A DNA stretch of 64,000 bases from an uncultured delta proteobacterium (GTDB lineage: Bacteria > Desulfobacterota > Binatia > Binatales > Binataceae): the NCBI GenBank assembly GCA_963842085.1, contig CAWJET010000001.1, positions 256,001 through 320,000 of the forward strand, in the 5' to 3' direction. Position 1 is the stretch's first letter, and each line of letters begins with the position of its first letter. Positions 31,988 to 45,600 of this stretch are shown one piece after another. Below the pieces are notes generated by a model, which saw only the letters and a list, made by a program, of their open reading frames with translations, ran no database searches and was not told the DNA's origin. Position numbers and translations under genes: made by a program.

Positions 31988-34069
31988 TTACCAGCGGATG
32001 ACTTGCTCGTAGATCTTGGGGAGCTGGCGCGGTAGCGACGCGATGTCGTCGATGACCAGGTAGCGGGACGATTGGCACATCTGGCGCAGGTAGTCGTGGC
32101 CGGTTTTGTCGACGGTGATACAGAACGGGAGGACGCCGGCCAGTTCGAGTTCCTTGAGCGCGACCATCGTGTCCTGGATGCCGTAGGCGTTGGAGCGGCG
32201 GTCGTGGCCGTAGTCGAAATCCTGCGGGAAGCCGTCGCTGAGCAGAATCATGTGCTTGGCGCGCGACGACACGTCCTTGAATTTTTCGCGCACGTGGCGA
32301 ATCGCGGCGCCCATCCGGGTTGAGCGCTTGGGCTCGACGGCGCCGATGCGGGCCTTCACCTCTTCGCTGAGTTCCTGGTCGAATTCCTTGATCACGTAGA
32401 ACTCGACGTTGTCGCGGCCGTGGCCGGAGAAGCCCATGATCGCGTAGGAGTCGCCGATTTCCTCGAGCGCCTGCGCCATGATGACGAGTGCTTCCTTGTT
32501 CACGTCGATGATGCGGCGCGGACGATTGGCGGTTTGCGGCCGGCGCTGCCATGCCTTCATCCAGTCGTCAGTGTCGTCATCGTCGGTATGCTTGCGCGGC
32601 TCGCGATGGACAGGCTCGTCGGTTGAGGCCGACATGTCGAGCAGGAAGAGCGTGGCGACGTCGCGCGCCTCTTTTTTGCGCGCCTTGTACATGCGGCCGT
32701 CGGGCGTCTCGCCCATCAGGCGCGCCACGCGAGCCTCGATGGTGCGGTCGAGGTCGATCTCCTCGCCGTCCTCGAGACCGCGCACCATCCGGTACGACGC
32801 GGGGCGGATGCGCTGGAAGTTGCGGCGCACGCCGGGCAGCATCTCGGCGTAGCGGATGAGGGTGTTTTCGTAGAAATCGCCCTCGTCTCCGGTCAGCGGG
32901 ATTTCGCGCAGGCGGCACCAGTTGCGGCGGTAGTCGTTCAGCACGTAATCCCATTCGTCGTAGGCGTAGTACGAGTCCTGGCGGCCGCGGCCGATCATCA
33001 GGCGTCCCTGGCCGGTGACGGAGCCGACTTCGCCAAGCTGCTCGCGCATCTGCTCGAGCTCGCTGAGCTGCTTGCCGGTCAGCTGGGTCAGGTACATGCC
33101 GTCGCCCTCGGCGCTGCCGTCGCCTTGCGAGGGTTTGATCTCGGCGCCCTGCTCGATGAGCTTGCGCAATTCCTCGGGTGAGAGCGCCCTGCCCTGTCCG
33201 CCCTTGGACTGCTTGCCGGAGACGTCCATCTGGACGTTCTGATCGGGCTCGCCGCCGCCGTCGCCCTGCTCGCCATCTTCGCCTTCGCCGGCGGTCTGCG
33301 ATTCCGCGCCCTTCATGCCCTTGATCAGGTCGTTGCGCATCCGCTCCGCTTCCTCTTCGGTGAGCGGATCGTCTTCGCCGCGCTCGCGCGCCTGTCGAAT
33401 CAGCTCCTGGAGCCAGTTATAGAGAGCGCTGACCTGGCGGACGCTGGTCATGACGTCGGCCCCGCGCTTGCGCACGGGAGCGAAGTGATGCGACGCCATC
33501 CGCACCAATGGAGAATCCAGCGCCTCGCCGGTCGCGTCGAGATCGAGCGCCGCGCGCACCAGCATCGTGCTGAGCGACTCGGGATGAAGCCGATCGAGGA
33601 GCGAGCGGTTGAGGCCCGCGATGCGCGGCGCGAGCCCGCGATAGCGCCGCGCCAGCTCAGCGTCGATGCGCGCGGACTCCGCCAGCCGCATCAGGGCGCC
33701 AGCCAGGCCCGGGTCGTCGAACGACGCAACGAAGCTGTCGATCGCCTCGACGCCAGTCTCGCCGCGCTCTTCGAAGCCCGCGATGTCCGCGAGCCTCAGC
33801 TTGAACGTGCCGAAGTCGTGGCGCGCCGCGAGATGCGCGGTGGTGACAAAATAATAGATGTAGGCGTCGCCGCGAGTGCCGAACGGTTCGAGCCGCTCGG
33901 GCAGGTAGATCATCTCGCCCGGCAGGAGCGGATAGTGAAACGGGAGCATCGGGCCGCTGTTGGCGAGCGAGTCGATGCGGAACTCAAGCGGAAACAGCAT
34001 CCGCATGAACTTGGTCAGGACACCCTTGATTTCGAAGAGGTCCTGCGCTTTTTCGGCAACTTCGGGCAT
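31988..34069 (-). CDS. NorD/CbbO-like VWA domain protein (MoxR AAA+ adaptor)
   Basis: 'YDEWDY...YRRNWCRL', 'EDGEEIDLD', MIDAS 'LLDMSAST', 'TRMGAAIRH' and 'LLSDGFPQD' motifs. Confidence 0.88.
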   Translation of the reverse strand: MPEVAEKAQDLFEIKGVLTKFMRMLFPLEFRIDSLANSGPMLPFHYPLLPGEMIYLPERLEPFGTRGDAYIYYFVTTAHLAARHDFGTFKLRLADIAGFEERGETGVEAIDSFVASFDDPGLAGALMRLAESARIDAELARRYRGLAPRIAGLNRSLLDRLHPESLSTMLVRAALDLDATGEALDSPLVRMASHHFAPVRKRGADVMTSVRQVSALYNWLQELIRQARERGEDDPLTEEEAERMRNDLIKGMKGAESQTAGEGEDGEQGDGGGEPDQNVQMDVSGKQSKGGQGRALSPEELRKLIEQGAEIKPSQGDGSAEGDGMYLTQLTGKQLSELEQMREQLGEVGSVTGQGRLMIGRGRQDSYYAYDEWDYVLNDYRRNWCRLREIPLTGDEGDFYENTLIRYAEMLPGVRRNFQRIRPASYRMVRGLEDGEEIDLDRTIEARVARLMGETPDGRMYKARKKEARDVATLFLLDMSASTDEPVHREPRKHTDDDDTDDWMKAWQRRPQTANRPRRIIDVNKEALVIMAQALEEIGDSYAIMGFSGHGRDNVEFYVIKEFDQELSEEVKARIGAVEPKRSTRMGAAIRHVREKFKDVSSRAKHMILLSDGFPQDFDYGHDRRSNAYGIQDTMVALKELELAGVLPFCITVDKTGHDYLRQMCQSSRYLVIDDIASLPRQLPKIYEQVIRW

Positions 34070-34213
34070 GGCAGTAGTAATAATCTAATCATTGTTACAA
34101 AGAGCGAGACACCGATGCAATTTGAAGCCGGTCGCGCCGCAACGCGATGCGGCGGCTTCGACTTTTGATTCCTTGACTTGCCAGTAAGCGGCGGACTTAG
34201 ATGATCGGAAGCT

Positions 34214-35596
34214 ATGCGCATCACAATCTTTGGCAATCATCGTCGTCTCGCTCCGATGGCGGCGCTCGGTACCCTTCTATGCCTCGCTTCAGCGCCCGCG
34301 CGCGCGGGAATCGCGGACGCGGTCAAAGCCCAGACGCTGCCCAACGGGCTCAAAGTGCTGGTGCTGGAAAATCACAAGGCGCCGCTGGCGACGTTCAACG
34401 TCTTCTACCGCGTCGGCTCGCGCAACGAGCAGATGGGCAAGACCGGGCTGTCGCATTTGTGCGAGCATCTGATGTTCAAGGGCACCAAAAAGCTCGGCCC
34501 CGAAGAGTTCTCGCAAATCATCCAGCAAAACGGCGGGGAGGATAACGCGTTCACGGAAGAGGACTTCACGGATTATTTCGAGACGATCAACAAGGACCAT
34601 CTCGACGTGCCGATCACGCTTGAAGCCGACCGGATGGCCAACTTCGAGCCCAAGGAGTTCGACAAGGAGAAGCACGTCGTGCTCGAGGAGCGGAGGCTGC
34701 GGACCGACGACAATCCGGAAGACGCGCTCGACGAGATGGTGCACGCGCAAGCCTACGTGGCGCATCCGTACCACTGGCCGGTGATCGGATGGTTCCACGA
34801 CGTCAACGGGCTGACGCTGGCGGACGCGATGGCGTATCACAAGATTTACTACTCGCCGCAAAACGCGCTGATCGTGGCCGTCGGCGACTTCAACGCCGAG
34901 CAGGTGCTCAAGCAGATCAGCGAGGCGTTTGCGGGGATCAAGAACGGTCCCAAGCCGCCGCCGGTGACGGAAGTGGAGCCGCCACAGGAAGGAACGCGGC
35001 GGGTCGAGCTGCAGCATGCGGCCAATCTGCCGGCGTTCGAAGAGGCGTATCACGTACCGAACTATTCAAGTCCCGACAGTTTCGCGCTGGAAGTGGCGTC
35101 CGAGTTACTGAGCGACGGGCAAAGCTCGCGGCTGTACAAGAAGCTGGTGATCGAGAAGCAGATGGTGGTCGATATCGGCGCCGGCTACGACATGACGTCG
35201 TTCGATCCGGGACTGTTCGTCGTGTCGGCGCAGATGCGTCCCGGCGTTACGGCGGCGAACACCCAGGCCGAAGTCGAAAAGGAGCTTGCCGCGCTGCGCG
35301 ATACACCGGTTGGCGCGGAGGAATTGCAGAAAGCCAAGAATCTCGAACAGGCGGAATTCGTGTTCGGGCAGGACTCGGTCATGCGCGAGGCCGAGATGCT
35401 GGGCGTGTACCAAATGCTCGGCGACTACCACCTGGTCGATAAATATCTCGACGGAATCGACCAGGTGACCGCGGCCGACGTGCAGCGCGTAGCGAAAACT
35501 TACCTGGTCGCATCCAACATGACCGAAGGCGTGCTGGTGCCGACCGGCCTTCTGCCCCATGGGGGCGGTGGACTGAGCGGCGGAGAATTGCGATGA
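34214..35596 (+). CDS. M16 family zinc peptidase, catalytic subunit
   Basis: Inverted zinc motif HLCEHLMFKGT, plus NAFT, LEADRM and HPYHWPVIG; signal peptide. Confidence 0.93.
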   Translation: MRITIFGNHRRLAPMAALGTLLCLASAPARAGIADAVKAQTLPNGLKVLVLENHKAPLATFNVFYRVGSRNEQMGKTGLSHLCEHLMFKGTKKLGPEEFSQIIQQNGGEDNAFTEEDFTDYFETINKDHLDVPITLEADRMANFEPKEFDKEKHVVLEERRLRTDDNPEDALDEMVHAQAYVAHPYHWPVIGWFHDVNGLTLADAMAYHKIYYSPQNALIVAVGDFNAEQVLKQISEAFAGIKNGPKPPPVTEVEPPQEGTRRVELQHAANLPAFEEAYHVPNYSSPDSFALEVASELLSDGQSSRLYKKLVIEKQMVVDIGAGYDMTSFDPGLFVVSAQMRPGVTAANTQAEVEKELAALRDTPVGAEELQKAKNLEQAEFVFGQDSVMREAEMLGVYQMLGDYHLVDKYLDGIDQVTAADVQRVAKTYLVASNMTEGVLVPTGLLPHGGGGLSGGELR

Positions 35597-36975
35597 GGGT
35601 CGCGGCAAAGCGGATGAAGATGTTCGCGAACGCCGCGGCAATAGCGGCGGTGGTCTTCGCGGCCACGCCCTCGCATGCGCTCGACATCAAGAAGCTGACG
35701 CTCAGCAGCGGCGCGACGCTGCTCGTCTCGGAAGAGCATCAACTGCCGATGGTGACGGTGATGATCGAGTTCGACGCGGGCACGCGGCGCGATCCCAAGG
35801 GCAAGGAAGGGTTGGCCAAGCTGACGGCGCGATGCCTCTCGCAGGGCACCAAGGAACTCACGGCGCCGGAGTTCAACCAGAAAGTCGATTTCATGGGCAG
35901 CACGGTCGAGGTGTCGGCCGGCCGCGACTATGCAAGCGCCGGGATGACGTCGCTGAAGAAGTACCAGGGCGACACGCTCAGGCTGCTGGCGGGAATCCTG
36001 ACGGAGCCGGGACTGCGCGACGCCGATATCGAACGCAAACGCGCCGAGCAGGTCGCGGAAATCAAGGCGGCCGAAGAACAGCCGGGCTATACCGCGGACG
36101 TGGAATTCACCAAGGACCTGTTCGGCGACACTCCGTACGGGCATCCGGGCGCGGGCTCGTCCGAGTCGGTCGCCAAGCTCACGGTTGACGACGTGCGCGG
36201 CTTCTACCGCGACCACTACAAGCTGGGCGGCGCGATTATCGCGGTGGCCGGCGATGTGACCGCCGACGAAGTTAAAGCATCACTTGAAAAAGAGCTGGCG
36301 GGACTTGCGGGCTCAGTCGCGCCCCAGGCCGAGCCGCCGCCGATCGCGGTGGCGCCGGGCCTGCATGTGAAACTGATCGACCGCAACGTCGAGCAAGCCA
36401 ATATCGTCCTGGGCTTCGGCGGCGTGGCGCGTTCGAATCCCGATTTTTACCGACTCAAGGTGATGAATTACATCCTGGGCGGCGGTGGATTTGCCTCGCG
36501 CCTGGTGAAGGTGGTTCGCAGCGAGCACGGGCTGGCTTATTCGGTTGCCAGCAGCTTCGAGTCGGGCAAGTTCCAGGGCGCGTTCAGCATCGGCCTGCAA
36601 ACGAAAAACCAGAGTTCGAACGAGGCGATCGATCTAATCCTGCAGCAGCTTCGCGAGATCCAGGAAAAGCCGGTCAGCGACGCGGAACTGGACGGCGCGA
36701 AAAAGTTTCTTATCGGCAGCTTCCCGCTTGGGATCGAGCGGCAGAGCGCGATCGCGTCCTTCATGGTGCAGGTCGAGTTTTACGGCCTTGGGCTCGACTA
36801 TGCGGAGCAGTATCCCAAACTGATCGGAGCGGTCACCAGGGATGAGGTGTTGGCGGTTGCGAAAAAATACCTGCATCCCGATTCGATGATCGTCGTCGCA
36901 GTGGCAAATCAGAGCGAAGCGAAAATCAAGAGCTCGCAGATGGAGAAGGCAGCCGACGGCGCCGGCGCGCAATAG
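35593..36975 (+). CDS. M16 family peptidase, non-catalytic partner subunit
   Basis: M16 fold without HxxEH; 'ILGGGGFASRL...VRSEHGLAYS'; ATGA overlap with the preceding gene. Confidence 0.9.
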   Translation: MRVAAKRMKMFANAAAIAAVVFAATPSHALDIKKLTLSSGATLLVSEEHQLPMVTVMIEFDAGTRRDPKGKEGLAKLTARCLSQGTKELTAPEFNQKVDFMGSTVEVSAGRDYASAGMTSLKKYQGDTLRLLAGILTEPGLRDADIERKRAEQVAEIKAAEEQPGYTADVEFTKDLFGDTPYGHPGAGSSESVAKLTVDDVRGFYRDHYKLGGAIIAVAGDVTADEVKASLEKELAGLAGSVAPQAEPPPIAVAPGLHVKLIDRNVEQANIVLGFGGVARSNPDFYRLKVMNYILGGGGFASRLVKVVRSEHGLAYSVASSFESGKFQGAFSIGLQTKNQSSNEAIDLILQQLREIQEKPVSDAELDGAKKFLIGSFPLGIERQSAIASFMVQVEFYGLGLDYAEQYPKLIGAVTRDEVLAVAKKYLHPDSMIVVAVANQSEAKIKSSQMEKAADGAGAQ

Positions 36976-36985
36976 GGCCTCGTCG

Positions 36986-37513
36986 ATCTTCACGATCGGA
37001 CACTCGACGCATCCGATCGAGCGTTTCCTAGAATTGCTCGGTGAGCATCGCATCGCGGTCGTCGCCGACGTGCGCTCGTTCCCCGGCTCGAAGCGATGGC
37101 CGCAATTCAACCGGGCGGAACTTTTCGGTTCGCTCGAGCGCGCGGGAATCGAGTATCGATGGATCAAGCAGCTCGGCGGCAGGCGTCATTCGAAGCGCGA
37201 CGACTCGCCGCACACGGCGTGGGAGCATCCCGCGTTTCGATCGTACGCGGACTACATGGAAAGTGCGGATTTCGAAGAGGGCTTGCGCGCATTGACCGAT
37301 GCGGCCGCGGCCGCGCGGACCGCATACATGTGTTCGGAAGGATTGTGGTGGCGATGCCATCGGCGAATCATCTCGGACAATCTGGTGATTCGCGATTGGA
37401 CGGTCGAGCACATCATGCCAACCGGGAAATTGTCGCCGCACGTGCTCGCGCCGTTCGCGCGCGTCGTGGACGGGCGGATCATCTACGACGGTGCGGTCGC
37501 GACGGAATCGTGA
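36986..37513 (+). CDS. DUF488 family protein (start uncertain)
   Basis: In-frame 'IFTIGHSTHP' upstream of the track start; DVRSFPGS, LGGRR and MCSEGLWWRCHRRII motifs. Confidence 0.85.
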   Translation: MFTIGHSTHPIERFLELLGEHRIAVVADVRSFPGSKRWPQFNRAELFGSLERAGIEYRWIKQLGGRRHSKRDDSPHTAWEHPAFRSYADYMESADFEEGLRALTDAAAAARTAYMCSEGLWWRCHRRIISDNLVIRDWTVEHIMPTGKLSPHVLAPFARVVDGRIIYDGAVATES

Positions 37514-37522
37514 AGGTGCAAA

Positions 37523-40357
<2,835 letters not shown>

Positions 40358-40363
40358 GGTTGT

Positions 40364-41416
40364 TTACGCCGCTGCCCGCCGCCCGGTCTTTTCGCGACCC
40401 GCTGCGGCCCGCCAGGCATATTCGATCGCGGCAATCATGCTCGACGGATTGGCAATTCCCTTGCCCGCGATGTCGAACGCCGTTCCGTGATCGGGCGAGG
40501 TGCGGACGAACGGCAATCCCAGCGTGACGTTCACCGCGCGATCAAACTCCAGCGTCTTGAGCGCAATCAAGCCCTGATCGTGATACATCGCAACCGCCCC
40601 GTCGAAAGCAAACGAACCCGCCTTGCGGATGAACGCCGTGTCGGGCGACAGCGGACCGTAGGCGTCGATGCCGTCGCGATTGGCGCGCCGAATCGCCGGC
40701 GCAATCACGCGGATTTCCTCGTCACCAAACATCCCGCCTTCACCCGCGTGAGGATTCAGCCCGAGCACCGCGATTCGCGGCCGCGCGACGCCAAGCGCGC
40801 CACGCAGGTGCGCGGCGAGCAGGCGAATAGTATCCAGCACGTTGCGCTGCGTCAGCGCTGACGCCACTTTTGCAAATCCTATATGCGCAGTCACCAGCGC
40901 GACCGTCAGCTCGCCGCCCGCGAACATCATGCGCCACAGCCGGGTTCGCGCAAGATGAGCCAGCAGTTCCGAATGCCCGGGGTAATGATGCCCCGCGCGA
41001 TTCATCCAATCCTTGCTGATCGGCGCGGTCACGAGCGCGTCAACCTCGCCGCTCATCGCCATCCGCGCTGCAGTCACGATGTAGTCATACGCGGCGCCGC
41101 CGCCCTCGATCGTGGGATGCCCCGGGCGAATCGCGCGCGCCGACAAGCTCGATATGGAGAATACGCCGAGTCCTTTTGTGAGACGAATCGGCGGCTGACC
41201 GGGACGCCACTGGCAGGGAGCGGGCACGCCGTTTAAGCGGGCGGCGGCCGCGCCCATCGCGGACCAGTCGCCGACTACGGCGAGCGACGGCGCGCCGCGC
41301 CGGTTTGCGAGCGCCGCTGCCGCTTTCAGAATCACCTCGGGCCCGACGCCCGCCGGATCGCCCATGCTCACAGCCAACAGCGGCGGGGTCTTTCGTCTGA
41401 GCACCGTAGTTGTCAT
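40364..41416 (-). CDS. pdxA: 4-hydroxythreonine-4-phosphate dehydrogenase
   Basis: [26 protein letters not shown] and [14 protein letters not shown] motifs. Confidence 0.96.
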   Translation of the reverse strand: MTTTVLRRKTPPLLAVSMGDPAGVGPEVILKAAAALANRRGAPSLAVVGDWSAMGAAAARLNGVPAPCQWRPGQPPIRLTKGLGVFSISSLSARAIRPGHPTIEGGGAAYDYIVTAARMAMSGEVDALVTAPISKDWMNRAGHHYPGHSELLAHLARTRLWRMMFAGGELTVALVTAHIGFAKVASALTQRNVLDTIRLLAAHLRGALGVARPRIAVLGLNPHAGEGGMFGDEEIRVIAPAIRRANRDGIDAYGPLSPDTAFIRKAGSFAFDGAVAMYHDQGLIALKTLEFDRAVNVTLGLPFVRTSPDHGTAFDIAGKGIANPSSMIAAIEYAWRAAAGREKTGRRAAA

Positions 41417-42658
41417 CTAGAACATGGTCTCGACGTAATGCTGCTTGACCAGATCGGAATCCACCCACTTCTCGAGTTGCTCGCCGGATTTTTGATCGAC
41501 GAGCTGTTCGCGAATCTGCGCCTTGACGTCGTTGAGCGGCCGGACCCCCGGCACTTCGTGGTCTTCGAGCTTGACGATATGAATGCCGTGTCTGGTGCGA
41601 ACCGGCGCGGAGATTTCCCCGGGCTTCAGTGGCCTGACGGCGGCCAAGATCTGGTCCATGATGTCGGCGGGTGCGAACCATCCGAGTTCGCCGCCGTTGG
41701 ACTTGGAATCGTCGTCCGAATACAGGCGCGCGAGGTCGCCGAAGTCGTCGCCCTTGAGCGCCCGCGCACGAATCATCGCGGCTTTCTTCTGCGCGGCGGA
41801 TACTTGCGCAGCAGTCGGGTTGGGCGGCAGCGCGATCAGGATCTGCGCGAGCTTGAGACGCTCCTTGGTAATCGTAAAGTCTTCCTGGTGGGCCTCGTAG
41901 TAGGCCTTGATGTCGGCGTCGGTTACGTTGATTTTGGCGCGGACTTCCTGCTCGATCATCATCGCTTTCTCGAGGTCCATCCGCGCCCGCTTGCGCAATT
42001 CATCGTAGCTCATCCCGCTGGCCTGCAGTTGCGCGCGGAACTCAGCGTCGCTCATGTGCTTGGATTCGCGCAATTGGGTTATGTACTTGTCGACCTGCGC
42101 GTCATCGACCTTGTCATCGTACTTCTTCACTTCCTGTTCGAGCAATTTCTCGCCGATCAACGCTTTCACTGCGGTCTTGGCAGTGTCCGAAGAGGCGAAA
42201 TCGTTGGTCTCGATCGGTTCGCCGTGCTGGGCGGCGAAGTCTTTGACCTCGCGCATCGTGATCGGATCGCCGTCAACGCTGGCGACGACACGATCCACCG
42301 CCGGCACACTCGCTTCCGCCTCCTCGTCCGCGGTCTCAGGCTGCACGACAGGAGACGGCGGCGGCGGTTCGTCCGTTTTCGCCGCGGCGGCAGCGTTCGG
42401 TTCGGGAGGGGCCTCCTTCGGCATCGGCGAAGGGTTGGCCGCTCCCTCCGAGTCCCGGGGCACCGTCGGCGCCTGCGGCTCGGTCGTGGCGGAAGTGGCT
42501 GCCTCCTTCATCAGCTTGTAAGAGAACGAATCTGGTTTGAGGAAATCGATCGAGCAGCCCGAAAACTCGCCCGCGAGGACAATTCCCAGCGATGCCGCCA
42601 ACGCCGCGGCGGCGGCGCGTCGCGCACCGGCTCGCGGGAACGATCTTCTCTTATGCAT
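41417..42658 (-). CDS. surA: SurA-like chaperone/parvulin peptidyl-prolyl isomerase, possibly a lipoprotein
   Basis: 'DRVVASVDGDPIT', 'DFGDLARLYSDD...GGELGW' and 'GIHIVKL'; lies between mfd and pdxA; FSGC lipobox-like motif. Confidence 0.82.
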   Translation of the reverse strand: MHKRRSFPRAGARRAAAAALAASLGIVLAGEFSGCSIDFLKPDSFSYKLMKEAATSATTEPQAPTVPRDSEGAANPSPMPKEAPPEPNAAAAAKTDEPPPPSPVVQPETADEEAEASVPAVDRVVASVDGDPITMREVKDFAAQHGEPIETNDFASSDTAKTAVKALIGEKLLEQEVKKYDDKVDDAQVDKYITQLRESKHMSDAEFRAQLQASGMSYDELRKRARMDLEKAMMIEQEVRAKINVTDADIKAYYEAHQEDFTITKERLKLAQILIALPPNPTAAQVSAAQKKAAMIRARALKGDDFGDLARLYSDDDSKSNGGELGWFAPADIMDQILAAVRPLKPGEISAPVRTRHGIHIVKLEDHEVPGVRPLNDVKAQIREQLVDQKSGEQLEKWVDSDLVKQHYVETMF

Positions 42659-42662
42659 CAGT

Positions 42663-45600
42663 CTAGTTGACGGCCGGCCCGACTTTCGCGGCCGGCCAGT
42701 TTTCCAACTTTTCACAGCCCGCAAGGGCCTGCAAGACGCCGTCGAGTTGCGCGAATATTTGTTCGTATTCTCCGGGTTCGATTCGCGCGATCACCTGGTA
42801 CGCCGGCGTGAGCCGCATCGTGCGGCGATTCTGATCGGCGAGCTTCACGAGCAGCGCGGTATCCACCGGCGCATCGGGATGAAACCTGATTTCGAGCTGC
42901 GAGCCCTTGAGGATCGCGCTCATGATCATCAACTGCTTCATCTGGCGCCGCACGTTCATCGCAGCGATCAGATTTTCGATCAGCGTCGGCACCGGACCGA
43001 AGCGATCGCGCATCTCATCGCGCATCTCGCCGAGATTCTCCTCGCTCTGCGCGCGCGCGAGCCGGCGATAGAGCACCAGCCGCTCGTTCTCGTCGGAGAC
43101 GTAAGCCTCGGGGATGTACGCGGGCACCGCGATTCTTAGTTCGGGCTCGAAGTCCGGCCGCTGCGGCTGGCCGCGCAGCTCGGCGATCGCCTCTTCCATC
43201 ATCTCGGTGTAAAGCTCGAAGCCGACCACCGCGATCTCTCCGTGCTGCTCGTGGCCGAGCAGGTTGCCGGCGCCGCGATGCTCGAGGTCGGCCATCGCCA
43301 GCTTGAAGCCGCCGCCGCTCTCGGACTCGACCAGCTCGCGCAGCGCGTCGATGCGCCGCTTGGCGTCGCGCGTGATGATGTGCTCGCCGGGAATCAGCAG
43401 GTAGGCGTACGCCCTTTGGCGCGAACGGCCGACGCGGCCGCGCAACTGGTACAGCTGCGCCAGGCCGAAGTGATCGGCGCGATTGACGATCATCGTGTTG
43501 GCGTTGGGAATGTCGAGGCCCGATTCGATGATCGCGCTGCAGACCAGCACGTTGACCCGCTTCTCGATAAAGTCGCGCATCACGTCCTCGAGCCGGCGCT
43601 CCTTCATCTGGCCGTGGGCGATCGCAATCTTGGCCTCGGGCACCAGCGAACGCAGATGACTGGCCATGTAGTCGATATTCTCGACGCGGTTGTGCACGAA
43701 GAACACCTGGCCGCCGCGGTTCAGCTCGCGCAGGATCGAGTCGCGGATGGTGGCGTCGTCGAAGTGCGCGACGAAAGTGCGAATCGCCTGGCGGTCCGGC
43801 GGCGGGGTCTGAATCACGGACAGGTCGCGGATGCCGAGCATCGCCATGTGCAGCGTGCGCGGAATCGGCGTCGCCGTCATCGTCAAGACCGGCACCAGCT
43901 TCTTGAGCTTCTTGATTCGCTCCTTGTCGACCACGCCGAACCGGTGCTCCTCGTCGATCACCAGCAGGCCCAGCCGCGGGAACTGCACGTCGCTCGAGAG
44001 CAGCCGATGGGTCCCGACGATGACGTCGACCTTGCCGCGGCCGGCCTCCTCGATCACTTCGCGATTTTCCTTGTGGCTGCGAAACCGCGAGACCATCTCG
44101 ACGCGCACCGGGTAGTCCTTGAAGCGCTCGCGAAACGTATTCCAATGCTGCTCGGCGAGGATCGTCGTCGGCACCAGCACCGCGACTTGCCGGCCGTCCA
44201 TCACCGCGATGAACGCGGCGCGCAGCGCGACTTCAGTCTTGCCGAAGCCGGCGTCGCCGCAGATCAGGCGATCCATCGGCTTGGCGCGCGTCAGATCGCG
44301 GATAACGTCGTCGATCGCCGATTGCTGGTCGGGGGTCTCCTCGAACTCGAAGCGCGACGCGAACTCCTCGTAATCCACGCCGGGAGCCGGATAGGCATGC
44401 CCCTCCATCACCTCGCGCGCCGCGTACACCTCGAGCAACTCGGCTGCCATCGCGAGCACCGCCTGCCGCGTGCGGCGCTTGACCTTCTCCCACGAGCCGC
44501 TGCCCAGCTTGTCGAGCTTCGGCTCCGCGTCGTCGCCGCCGATGTAGCGCTGAACGAGATTTATCCGCTCGACCGGCACGTACATGGTGTCGCTGGCGGC
44601 GTATTCGAGATTGAGAAAGTCGCCCTCGACGTCGGCGACCTTCAGGTGCCGCAGGCCGCGGTATTTCGCGATGCCGTGATCGATATGCACGACGAAATCG
44701 TCGGGCTTCAGTTGTTCCAGGTTGAGCAGCGCGCCCTTCGCGCTCGGACGCCTGCGCCGGCGCGCACGCGGCTCGCCGAAAATTTCCTCTTCGCTGTATA
44801 TGTAGAGACCGTCCTCCTGCAAAACGACGCCGGCCGAAATTTCCCCTTCCATTATCGCAGGCCGGTAGTCGGGCCATTCCAGAAGCGCCGAGAAACTTTT
44901 GCATTCGACGTTGACCTCGAGGTCCCACGCCTCCAGATGACGGCGCAGCCGCGCCACCTGGTGCGGCCCCTCGACGACCATCAGCGAACGTCCCTGCCCG
45001 CGCTGGACTTCGCGCAGTTCGGTCGCCAGCGGCTCGAAGCTCGGCGGCGTCCGCACCGCGCTCAGTTGGTTCGCGCCCAGCCGCAAACTGTTTTGCGACT
45101 TGACCTCGACCGGCACCGCCCATCCCTCACGCGGCGCGGCCATCGTCACCAGCGAGCCGACCTCGGCGGCGGTGAAGTTTCCGAGCGCACGCTCGAACGC
45201 CTGCGCCCCGACGAACAGCGAATCCGGCGCAGGATGAAACGCAGGCTTATGCGCCGCCGCGGCGGTCTCATTATTTACGGTATCGGCGAAGCGGCCGGCC
45301 TCGGCGAGGATGCGCCCCGGATCGACCAGCCACAGCAGCGCGTCCGCCGGCATGTAATCGAACACGCTGTCGAGCGCGCGCCCGTAGGCATACGGCATCA
45401 GCAGTTCCGCGCCCGGAAACAACAGCCCGTTCTGGAGCGCCTCGGCCAGCTCTGCTGCCTCTTTGCGCACCATGCCGATTTCCGCGGCCCGCAGCGCGAC
45501 CCGCTCGCGCAGTTTGGGGTCCTTCAGCGCAGACGGCGGCACGTAGCGAGTGCGCGTGATCGTCGCCTCGGCGAGTTCGGCGCCCGAGCGCTGGCTGTCC

